Shown here one piece after another: positions 38,006 through 48,668 of a stretch of 64,000 nt of DNA (position 1 is the first letter of the stretch; the number at the start of each line of letters is the position of its first letter). A program made the translations under genes and the position numbers. The notes below the pieces were generated by a model that did no database searches, was not told the DNA's origin, and was given only the letters and a program-made list of their open reading frames with translations. The DNA is taken from positions 6,208,001 to 6,272,000 of the forward strand of contig CM000151.3 of the NCBI GenBank assembly GCA_000004695.1, given 5' to 3'. The stretch is from Dictyostelium discoideum. Lineage: Eukaryota.

Positions 38006-38400
38006 TCTTTTTTTTTTTTTATTCTTAAAAAAATCAATTTAACACACACACTAACTACAATAATCAATCAATAATTTGCCCGCTTGTTACAATCTTTTTT
38101 TTTTTTTTTTTTTTTTCCTCTCTTTGATTTCGAGTTTGTATCAAATATTGATTTTCTTTTTATTGTAATGATTTTATTTTAAATTGATTTTTTTGTTCAG
38201 TTGACTTTATTCCCAAACAAGATTGAAGATGAAAATCCGATAATATGAAATGTTTTTTTTGAAAATTAATATGAAAGTATTTGAAAATTGAAAATAAAAA
38301 AAAAAAATAAAAATAAAAATAAAAAAAAAGGTAAATTAATTTTTATTTTATTTTTTATTTTCGATTTGTGGGGTTGATTCTTTTTAGTTTTTTTTTTTTA

Positions 38401-38980
38401 AATATTTGTTAGCAAGTGTGTTAACCACATTTCTGGCACCATAAAGAGATGATAATAATTAAAATGGGCAATTAAAATTTTAGGGTGATGGGTATGTGTG
38501 GGTTCGAATAAAAAAAGATTTTATATATAATTCTATTGATTGATTATGCGTGTGTGGGTGTATGATTTTAAAAATAGATATTTTTTATTTAAGAATGTTT
38601 GAGATTTGATTTTTTTTAAATAGAACCACACCACACACTCTTTGTTTTTTTTTTTTTTTATTTTTTATTAGAATGATATTATTATTAATTAATTGAATCA
38701 CAATCAATAAGAGTGAATTACATTATCTTTTAAATAATCAATATTCTATTATATTATTATTTATTATTAATTCCTTCAATCATTTTGGGAATGGCAATAT
38801 AAAAAATATCTATTTTTAAAATCATACACCCACACACGCATAATCAATCAATATAATTATATATAAAATCTTTTTTTATTCGAACCCACACCCATCACCC
38901 TAAAATTTTAATTGCCCATTTTAATTACTATCATCTCTTTATGGTGCGAGAAATGTGGTTAACACACTTGCTAACGAATA
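38401..38980. repeat. Large near-perfect inverted repeat / foldback: arms about 188 bp (38401-38588 and 38801-38980), spacer about 212 bp
   Basis: The right arm is the reverse complement of the left arm, with about 3 substitutions and one 6-bp indel. The arms are GC-richer than flanks (GGGTGATGGGTATGTGTGGGTTCGAAT). The element sits in the divergent intergenic region between cdc123 and the 39229 gene. Confidence 0.85.
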
Positions 38981-39228
38981 TTAAAATGGAATATATACAC
39001 TATTTGCTATTTTTTTATTTTTTTTATTTTTTTTATTTTTTTTTATTTTCTTTATTTTCTTTTTTTAATTTTTTTTTCTATTTAAACTCACATCATAAAA
39101 TTTTAAAAATCATTAAATAATTAAATTCGAAATATAATTTAAAAAATAAATAATTAAAATAATAATAAAAATAATAATTTATTAAAAAATAAATAAATAA
39201 ATAAAAAAAAAAATATATATACTTAAAA

Positions 39229-39333
39229 ATGAAATCAATTCAAAAAATAATTTTATTTAAAATTTTAATAATTTTATTCGTTTCATTAATTGTTTTAAAT
39301 ATTGCCCAACACAATGAAATTTTAAAATTAAAA

Positions 39334-39365
<32 letters not shown>

Positions 39366-39741
39366 TAATAATAATCATAATGATGAAAATAAATTAAATA
39401 GAGAATTAAAAGTTTTTATTCAAAATGAAAATGAAATTACTATTGCCGACGGTAGTTCTTCTAAATTAATAATCGAAATTGAAGAAAACAAGAAAGAATC
39501 AAATGAAGAATCAAATACTTTACAAATTGAAATTAATAAAAATAATAAAGATAACGTACAAATTAATACAAATAGTGCTAGTAATGATGAAATTAATATT
39601 CATTCAAATGATGATTCTTTAATTGTTGACTTTGATTACAATGTAGAATTTGTCAAAGGTGATAAACCAAAATATCGTTTATGCCATGGTTGTTCAAAAT
39701 GTAGTAATCATCATAATAAAAAACATATTATCCTTTTTTAA
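39229..39741 (+). CDS. Hypothetical secreted/TM-anchored protein, 170 aa
   Basis: ATG at 39229. N-terminal hydrophobic signal/anchor IILFKILIILFVSLIVLNIA. Poly-N tract. C-terminal CHGCSKCSNHH. Confidence 0.5.
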
Positions 39742-39905
39742 AAAAAGAAAAAAAAGAAAAAAAAATCCGAAATTTATAACAAATACATTATAAAGAAATA
39801 AATAAAAAAAATAAAAATAAAAACCCGATTTTATATACATAAAAAATTATTTTTTTTCTTATTTTATTTATTTTATTTTTTTTTTTTTTTTTTTTTTTAT
39901 TTTTT

Positions 39906-40159
39906 TTACCAAGATAAAATTGTTGAACCCATTATGAAAATTGATGGAAGTGCTAAAAATAATTGAATGAGATTATTTTTGATTTGGTTCGATTTAAAAT
40001 AAAAGTATTCTGTTAAGAAATGACCTAAACCTGTTACAAATGTTAACCAAGTTAAGAAATATACAGTTCTATTTGTAATGTCAATTGAACATGCAATTGT
40101 TATTGATCCAGTTGTAAATATCCACAAAAAAAATATTCTTGAAATTAAACCTGAAAAAT
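39906..40159 (-). CDS. Small multipass membrane protein, exon 2 of 2
   Basis: Acceptor aaaag|ATTTTTCAGG (alternative: cag|GTTTAA 9 nt downstream, same frame). ...LISRIFFLWIFTTGSITIACSIDITNRTVYFLTWLTFVTGLGHFLTEYF... three predicted TM helices. Confidence 0.45.
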
Positions 40160-40238
40160 CTTTTATTTTTTCATATTAAAAAAAAATTATTAGTTTATAT
40201 TAACATTATATAATAAATAAAAAAAAACCATTTCATAC

Positions 40239-40356
40239 TTTGTTTGTTTTTTCTTGAATAACCAACACTCATAAATTCAGGGTAGACTAAGCCAACAAAA
40301 GAACATAATATTCTAAAAAAACCAATAAATAATAACCAAGCCTGTAAATATTCCAT
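40239..40356 (-). CDS. Small multipass membrane protein, exon 1 of 2
   Basis: ATG at 40356. MEYLQAWLLFIGFFRILCSFVGLVYPEFMSVGYSRKNKQ. Donor A|GTATGA at 40238. Confidence 0.45.
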
Positions 40357-40648
40357 TTATCTTATCTTTTTAAAAATGATTTTTAATATTTATTTTTAAT
40401 ATTTTAAAATATAAATAGGAAAAAAAAAAAAAAAAAAAAAAAAATTAAAAAAATAAAAATAAACAGTTTGTTTTTGCTCAAATTTTAAAAACAGTTTATT
40501 ATAAACTGTTTTTTTAATCAAACAAATTAAATAACATTTTTAAAAAAAAAAAAAAATGGTTATGATTACTTTTTTTTAATTATTAAATTTTATTTATTAT
40601 TTATTTTAAAATGAGGGTGAATTTACATTATTGAAATTGAGAATTAAT

Positions 40649-42095
40649 TTAAACTTCTTGTAATAGAGAAGCATCTTTCATCTCAATATCTTTTGTTTGT
40701 TTTTGTATTATAGATTCTTTTTCTTTTTCCTTTTCTTTTTCTTTTTCTTTTTCTTTTTCTTTTTCTTTTTCTTTTTCTTTTTCTTTTTCTTTTTCCTTTT
40801 CCTTTTCCTTATCTTTATCTATTTCTTTATTATTTACAATATTATCTTTTTCCTTTTCAAAAGTTTTATCTTTTTCAACAATACAATTATCATCTTTTGA
40901 AGTTATTGAATTTGTTGGAATAGTTAATTTAATATCATTAGGTGATCTTGGTGGTGAATTTGAAGAGAGTGATAATGGAGGAGGAGCACCACCACCTGAT
41001 GAATTTGTTAATGAATTTCCAACAGAAGTTGATGCACTATTCGAAGAGTTATTATTATTACCACCGCCACTACCACCGCCACCACCACTACCACTTGTAT
41101 TACCACTACCACTATTACTAGTGGTTGCTGATAAAGATGAATGATGTAGTTGATGTTGTTTCAATAGTAGATTATGTGATGGTGTATTTAATGGACTATT
41201 ACCAATTCCAAAAGATGATAATAAAGGAGAAGGTGATGGTGAAGGTGATATAAATGGGGTTAATGCCGGAGAACCAATTGGTGATAAAGATGATTTCGAA
41301 CTCTTATTATTTCTTTGAATCAACCATTGTTTTTCAACTTCATTATGGAATTTTATTGCTTGATATTGATGAGTTGAATCCAATTTTGTTTTTTGTTCTT
41401 TATGAGTTTGTTGAAGTTTTTCTTGATCTTCTTTAAATTTAATTTGTAATTTTGTCACCAACTCATCATTTGATTGTTCCTGAGCGGCTAATTTATCCTT
41501 TTCAAAAGTTTCCAATAATAAATTATTTGATTCTTCTTGTTTAGCCAATAAATTTATTAATTGAATCTTTTGATATTGTTCTAACTTTTGGAATGCATTT
41601 TGTTTAAAACTTAAAAAATCTGGATTATCTGAAACATTTTCACTTCCTCCTACAGATGTCTTTGTTGGTGTCGAATTTGCGGATAATAATGATGATGTTG
41701 ATGACGTTGAAGTTTGTTGGTCATCTTTTTTACTATTTACACTATTTACAATTATATGAGGACCATTTTTTGGTGTTTGAATTGGTGTTGGTTGTGTTGA
41801 TGAATCTTTATTTGATGATGATGACGATAATTGTTGTGCTTGTTGTGCTTGTTGTTGATGTTGTGCTTGTTGTTGTGCTTGTTGTACTTGTTGTGATATT
41901 GATTTTTGAACAATATCTTGCCATTGTTTATATGATTCGATCCAATTTTGCATATTTACATAATTTGGGTAATCAAATTGATGATTTAAACCCTCAGCGG
42001 TACTGACACTATTTCTTCTTGGATTTAAGAATGGAGATTTACCAGGCATTGGAGATAATGGTACTTGATTTCCAAAGAATTGCATTGGATTATAC

Positions 42096-42135
<40 letters not shown>

Positions 42136-43990
42136 GATGGTGTTGTTGTTGGTGTTGTTGATGTTGTTGTAGTTGTTGTTGTTGTAGTAATTGTTGTTGT
42201 AAGATATATTGATGTTGTTGTTGTTGGAATGCAGCTGCAGCTTGTTGAGGATTCAACATTGTTGATGGGTCGCCTAGAAAACCTTTCAAACTTTTACCCA
42301 TAATATTACATTCAATTTGGAACCCAAAATCAACTGAACCTTTAATTGCAAATTTTCCATTAAATGGACTATTAAATGTAGTTTCCATACTTATTGGTGT
42401 ATTTATATTAAATGGTACCATACCAAATAATGGAAACATCGGAAATTGTGGATTCACCATATTTGGATGTGGTTGTTGTTGTTGTTGTTGAGCTTGTTGT
42501 TGTTGTTGAGCTTGTTGTTGACTATTAGTTGGTGGTGATTTACTTCCATCCTCATCAACAGTATTTAATTTTTCACCACTAATACTATTAGCATGTTGTA
42601 GAGGATTCATTCCCATTGACATTAATGGTGATGGTGGAACTCTTGCACCATTTCTATTCATTGATGGTGAAGGTGGGAATAGATTATTCTTATTTCTAAA
42701 TTGATTTGGAATTTGGAACGAAGTCGATAATGGAGACATCATTTGTGGTGGAAGAATTGGCATACCATTCATTGGACCACTATTTGTTGATGTAAATGAT
42801 GGAGATGAAGATGGTTGTTGTTGTTGTTGCTGTTGCTGTTGTTGTAGAGGTGGTGGCTGTTGTTGTTGAGATTGTTGAGAAGATGTCATATTTGGAGTAT
42901 TTGGATTTTTTTTAAATCTTGGAATAGAAATTGTGATTGGACTTTTATTTACATTTGAAGGATTAGTAGATGATATTAATGGTGATGTTAACCCAACTTT
43001 ATTTTGTTGTGATTGTGTTTGCTGTTGAGGTATTTGTTGTTGAGATTGTGAAGGTTGTTGCTGTTGAGGTTGTTGAGGTTGTTGAGGTTGTTGAGGTTGT
43101 TGAGGTTGTTGAGGTTGTTGAGGTTGTTGAGGTTGTAAATTTAAAGGTTGTGGTTGAGCTCTCATTCCATTTGGAGAAGACAATAAAACTGGAGATTGAC
43201 CATTCTTTTTCTGAATTAAAGCACTCATAACGTTATTTGGAATAATTTTTGAATGCATTCCAGGACTTGATGGTAACATCATATTTGCAATTTTATTTGA
43301 AGATAGTAATGGAGAAGGAGATGAAATTTGAGATTTAAAAGTTGGTGAATTTATTGGTTTTGTAATTTGAGTAATAGATGGAGATGAACTATTATTTTGA
43401 TTACCGATAATAACAGATGGTTTATTGAGTGGGCGTGAATTAATAGCAGGCGATCTTGGTGGCTTAATTAATAAAACTCTTTTTGCAGATGATAACGATG
43501 GTGAAGTTGGTACATTACTATTATTACTATTATTTGAATTTGTGCCTTCAGAAGTTTGATTTTTATTTTCTTCATCCTTTTGAGATTGTTTTTCACAAAC
43601 TTTTTGAACAGAATCGTCATAATCAGCAGTACCATCAAATGATTTTCTCTTTTTAACAGGATGATTTGGAATCAATTCTAAGTTATTATTTTCTTCTTCC
43701 TCTTCTTCTTCATCATCATCTTTATTAATATTTTTATTTTTATTATTATTGTTGTTGTTGTTGTTATTATTATTGTCCTCATTTCTATTGATTCCAATAT
43801 ATCTATTCTCCAATTCATCATCTTCATCAATTTCATCTTTACTATCAATTCTTAATTCCCCATTGGCGCCACTGTTAGTATCATATTCCTCTTCCTCCTC
43901 TTCCTCTTCTTCAATGGTTGGTTGTGAATGATGTTCTTCTTTTCTATGGTGATGATGATGGTGATTGTGGTGATTATTATTATTATTATT

Positions 43991-44058
<68 letters not shown>

Positions 44059-44510
44059 AGTATGATTTACTAGGAGAATCTCTTAATCTTTTACGATCAA
44101 ATTCACCACCATTATTATCATTCATTCTATAGGAATTAGTTCTACTATCAATTTCATCATTATAATCATTATAATCTTTGATTTTATTTCTAATGTTGAT
44201 ATTATTGTTATTTTTAGAGTTATTATTACTATTATTATTTCTATTATTATTATTATTACTATTATTATTATATTTTTCATCTTCATAATATTGATCACTA
44301 TCATCATCGTCATAATCTTGACCTTCGATATAAATATCTCTTTCATCATTATCAATTGGTTTAATATATTGCTTTTGTTTACTCTTATTATATAATTGAT
44401 TTGCTTCTTTTATTGCCAACTCGAAATATTCTGTTAATTGATCCGGAACTAATTGTGGATCCAAATTATTATTTGAAAAGTCTTTAATATTATTATCTTT
44501 AACCCATGCT
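40649..44510 (-). CDS. PWWP-domain, Q/N/S/P-rich low-complexity nuclear protein, exon 3 of 3 (about 1287 codons)
   Basis: Acceptor ctaaaag|AGCATGG at 44511. The ORF-track start at 44464 is TTG. Contains polyQ, (QP)n, (EK)n and poly-N tracts. A coiled-coil segment lies at 41300-41650. Confidence 0.65.
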
Positions 44511-44651
44511 CTTTTAGATGATTATAAAAAATAAAAAAAGAGAGAATAAATAAAAAAAAATAAAAAAAAATAAAAAAAAATATTTAATATTTTAATTATT
44601 TATTTTTTTATTATTTATTTATTTATTTTAAATAATTAATAGATTACTTAC

Positions 44652-44746
44652 TGATGATGAGTACCTAAAAAGAAAACAATTAATGAATTTGATATCCTCT
44701 TTTTTAATAATGATTTATCAATATCTTCATCATCTTCTGAAATTAT
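44652..44746 (-). CDS. PWWP protein, exon 2 of 3
   Basis: Acceptor aacag|ATA, donor CA|GTAAGT. IISEDDEDIDKSLLKKRISNSLIVFFLGTHH-Q-AWV completes the PWWP core (…FFG.....W). Confidence 0.55.
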
Positions 44747-44869
44747 CTGTTATATTTTAAAATGAAAAAAAAAAAAAAAATTAATAAAAAAAAAAAAAAA
44801 AAAAAAAAAGGTTTAAAAAAATTATTATAAATTGAAAATAGAAAATAAAAAAATGTTTAGATAATTTAC

Positions 44870-44929
44870 TTTTGCAGGCCACCAAAAGGAATGGCCAAAT
44901 TCTTTGGCCAATATTAATTTTCCAATCAT
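44870..44929 (-). CDS. PWWP protein, exon 1 of 3
   Basis: ATG at 44929. MIGKLILAKEFGHSFWWPAK (the PWWP motif itself). Donor AAA|GTAAAT. Confidence 0.55.
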
Positions 44930-45510
44930 TTTTTTTTTTAAAAAAAAACAATATAATATTTGATTAAATAAATAAATATAAATAAAAAAGTATTTTTGTT
45001 TTGTTTTGTTTTGTTTTTATTTTTTTTTTTTTTATTTTTTTTATTTTTATTTTTATTTTTTTTATTTTTTTTTTTTTTTTTTATTAATTTGGTTAATAAA
45101 TAATATTTTTATTAATAATAAATAGAAATTAAAAACAATGTTGAAAAATTTATTGCACAATTAAAACAATTATAAAAAAATAAATAAATAATTTAAAATA
45201 AATAAATAAAAGTTTTTAAATGATTAAGATTTTATTATTATCTTATTGTTGTAACTCAACTGATTTATAATGATGATGATGCCTAGTTATTATATATAAT
45301 TTGTTTATAATTATATTATTAAATTAATTATTGTTGGTTTTTTTTTTATTTTTTTTTTTTTTTATTTTTTTTATTTTTTTTTAAAAAAAAATTTTTTAAT
45401 AATTATTATTTTTATTATTTTTAGTAATATTTGATTTATTTTATTATTATTTTATTTATTGATGAAAAGCAGTTTTTATTGTAGAATTGGTTTGATTGAA
45501 AATAAATAAA

Positions 45511-45546
<36 letters not shown>

Positions 45547-47008
45547 GGAAACACACTCTCACACAAATTTGTAGTTTATTTATTTTATAATAAAATTAAT
45601 AAATTTTTATTTATTATTTATTTTTACTGAGTATATATATTTTTATGTATATATGTCCGAAATTATTTTATTATTTTTTTTTTTATTTTTATTTTAATTT
45701 TTATTTTTATTTTTTTTTTGTGAGGCCGTTAAGTTATGTGTGAGTTGTTTTTATATGGTACCATATATTGAGTGTGTGTGTTGGTGTTAGGGTGTTTTTA
45801 TATGTATAAACTATGTGTGTAAGGTTGTGTTTTTTGGGGTGTTTGAATATATCCAAATTATTAAATAAAAATAATATAAATATAAAAATTTTAAATAAAA
45901 TTTGAATTGTCCAAATTTAGAAATGTGAAAACCTAATCACTTTTTTTTTTTTTTTTTATTTTTTTTTTTTTTTTTTTAATCACACTTTTTTTTTTTTGTA
46001 ATTTGGTTTGAGTTTACAAAATTTTTTTTTTTTTAAATACAAAAAAAAAAAAAAAAAAAAGTATAGATTACCAATTCCTACAGTTAAAAATATACTCTTT
46101 TATTGCACCACTATTGTATTGAAGTGATCACTTTTTCAATTTTTATTTTTATTTTTATTTTTTTTTTTTTTCCTTTTTTCTTTTTTATTTAAAAATAAAA
46201 TCAAAAGATTAAATTTAATTAAGCCATATATCAAGTCAAAACAAAAAACGATAAACTTTAAAAAATAATTTTTTATCCACAATTTTTAAAAAAAAAAAAA
46301 AAAAAAAAAATAAACAAATGTTTTTTTTTTTTTTTTTTTTTTTTTGAAATCTTTTATAATTAATCTCTTTATCAGATATACACGTAAAAAGTATTATTAT
46401 AAAATTAATAAAAACCTTTTTTTAACAAAGAAAAGAAAAGAAAAGAAAAGAAAAAAAAAAAAAAAAAAAAAAAAAGTGATAAAAAAAAAAAAAATTTAAA
46501 ATTGTTTGAAAAAAATTAATTAATTATTAGTAGAGGGATACAAGAGTGATTATACGACTTCATGGCAATATTACAAAATAATTTATAAAATTTCTATCAT
46601 TGAAAAAAAAAAAAAACTTGGAGACTTGGGAGATAAAGTTTTCGCAATACATATTTAGAATGTTCTATTAAAAAAAAAAAAATTAATTGAACTGGTATAA
46701 AAAAAGTTTTTGGGGTGAAAAAAAAAAATTGGTGAGGAAAAAAAAAAAAAAAAAATTAAAAATAAATTAAATTAGGTTTAAAAATTAAAAACAAATCAAA
46801 TTAATAAACCTGTTCATTATTTAGTTTTCATTAAAAAAATTTAATACAAAACAAATAATGAATAAGTATAAAAAAAAAAATTTATGGGAAAATAAAGATT
46901 TAAAAAAGCAAAAAAAAAAAGAAAAAAAAAAAAAAAGAAGAAAAAAAAAAAAAAATAAATAAATTAATGTTGAAATTTCAACATTTTTAGTAATTTTATA
47001 AAGAGTAA

Positions 47009-47160
47009 AAAAAAAAATTTCTAGATTCAGGAATAAAAAAAAAAAAAAAAATTTTCCAGATTCAGGAATAAAAAAAAAAATTCTTTTTAATTTTTTTTTA
47101 ATAATGCATAATTTTCCACTTTTTTTTTTTTTTTTTTTATTCCTGAATCTGGAAAATTAT
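47009..47160. repeat. Inverted repeat: TTTTCCAGATTCAGGAATAAAAAAAAA / TTTTTTTTTATTCCTGAATCTGGAAAA (about 27-bp arms, 45-bp loop), preceded by a direct copy of the left arm
   Basis: Direct copies at 47013-47035 and 47052-47078, with the inverted copy at 47130-47158. Confidence 0.8.
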
Positions 47161-47221
47161 ACATTAATTATTAAAATTCCACAATAAAATTTTAACTCAA
47201 TATAATAAAAATGCCTCAAAT

Positions 47222-47380
47222 AAAAAACATCATATGGATGACTGATACATCTGAAATTAAATTTCAATAATAATAACATTATTATTGAAATTAATAATAA
47301 CATTATTATTGAAATTAATAATAACATTATTATTGAAATTAAATTTCAGATGTATCGGTCATCCATATGATGTTTCTGAG
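47222..47380. repeat. Long hairpin: 50-bp perfect inverted arms flanking 3 tandem copies of a 24-bp self-palindromic unit (AACATTATTATTGAAATTAATAAT)
   Basis: Left arm AACATCATATGGATGACTGATACATCTGAAATTAAATTTCAATAATAAT, right arm its reverse complement ATTATTATTGAAATTAAATTTCAGATGTATCGGTCATCCATATGATGTTT (1 mismatch). About 320 bp upstream of the TnpB-like ORF. Confidence 0.85.
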
Positions 47381-47697
47381 ACCAATTCCCTTCCCATGGA
47401 CTTCTGATGATCCTCTTGATATAGCCACCAACCTTCCAGATTGTTTTGAATATAGTATACAAGTTTGAATGATAATTTTTTGATCACTTTAAACCTTACC
47501 AAAATAAAAAAAAAAAAAAAATACAACTAAACACATTTCAATCTTCATTTTTCCAATAATTTTTTTTTAATTTCCTAATTTTTTTTTTTTTTTTTTTTTT
47601 ATCATTAATTTTAATATTTTAATTATAATTTAGGATTTAAACTATTCTACACATAGATTAAATCTATTCAATAAATTAAATAATAAATCACCACAAG

Positions 47698-47832
47698 ATG
47701 AATCAACAATACTTCAAACAATTATATGAACAAATTAGAGTTGATTCAGAGTGTAAATCATTATTTGAAGGTGTTTATTCAGATATGATTAATTTGGTAA
47801 TAATAAAGATTTTGAATACTGAGAATCTTGAA
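47698..47832 (+). CDS. TnpB/Fanzor-like zinc-ribbon protein, exon 1 of 2 (possible degenerate RuvC-II region)
   Basis: ATG at 47698. MNQQYFKQLYEQIRVDSECKSLFEGVYSDMINLVIIKILNTENLE. The only GT donor before the acceptor is GAA|GTTTTA at 47833. The intron is (AAT)n-rich. Confidence 0.4.
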
Positions 47833-47839
47833 GTTTTAA

Positions 47840-47964
<125 letters not shown>

Positions 47965-48041
47965 TAATAAATATTAATAATAATAATATTATTAATATTA
48001 ATACTAATGATTTTAATTTAATATCAATTATATTTCTACAG

Positions 48042-48314
48042 AAATGTCCGACTGGTGTGATCTTGGCTAATGAAGAAATTCAAAAAAAATATTTTTCACA
48101 AGTAAAAGGTGTGAAATGTCCCGTTGGACCAAATGAAAAACTCGAGTGTTTCAATAAATGTTACAAATTAAAACGTTGCAAAATTCATGGAATTAAAAAT
48201 CGTGATAATGTCGGTGCATGTAACATATACATAAAAGGAACAACTAAGCTTTACCATCCTAGATATACAATGGATCAATATAGTAGGTTTTTCAATAAAG
48301 GTGAAGATATCTAG
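48042..48314 (+). CDS. TnpB/Fanzor-like zinc-ribbon protein, exon 2 of 2 (OrfB_Zn_ribbon-like and RuvC-III-like motif)
   Basis: Acceptor ctacag|AAA. KKYFSQVKGVKCPVG...LECFNKCYKLKRCKIHGIKNRDNVGACNIYIKG aligns with the TnpB C-terminal consensus yTSQ.Cs.CG...C..CG...RDvNAAiNIl..G. The ORF-track start at 48057 is GTG. Confidence 0.45.
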   Translation, partial: KCPTGVILANEEIQKKYFSQVKGVKCPVGPNEKLECFNKCYKLKRCKIHGIKNRDNVGACNIYIKGTTKLYHPRYTMDQYSRFFNKGEDI

Positions 48315-48668
48315 CTAATAATAACAATATCGCAAGGTATCAAGACTTTAGAGATTACTTTATTGGATCTTATCTTTGGTACCTCCAAATTATTTTTTTT
48401 TATTACAACAATTAAAATATTGAAATTTACCAAAAAAAACAAATATAATAAAAAAAAAAATTTCATTAGAAATTTGAGTGAAAATTGAGTTTTTATTTTC
48501 AATATTTCATTATTTTCATTTTTTTTTTTTTTATTTTCTCGTTTTTTTTTTTTTTTATATTTTTTTAAAAAAAAAAAAAAAAAATTCTAGTTCGTTTTTT
48601 TTTTTTTGTTAATCATATTGTAATTTATTTTATTTTTTTAATTAAAAAAAAAAAAATAAAAATAAAAA

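Noticed and set aside
38488-38500. GGGTTCGAAT (tRNA B-box-like) inside the 38401-38980 foldback arms and GATTCGAAC at 24440
   Set aside because: No A-box or cloverleaf can be built around them, so they are not tRNA genes.
47380-47470. Box C/D snoRNA at 47420-47470 based on CTGATGA
   Set aside because: No matching D box (CUGA) or terminal stem could be found, so the segment is kept only as a weak note within the TnpB-locus finding.
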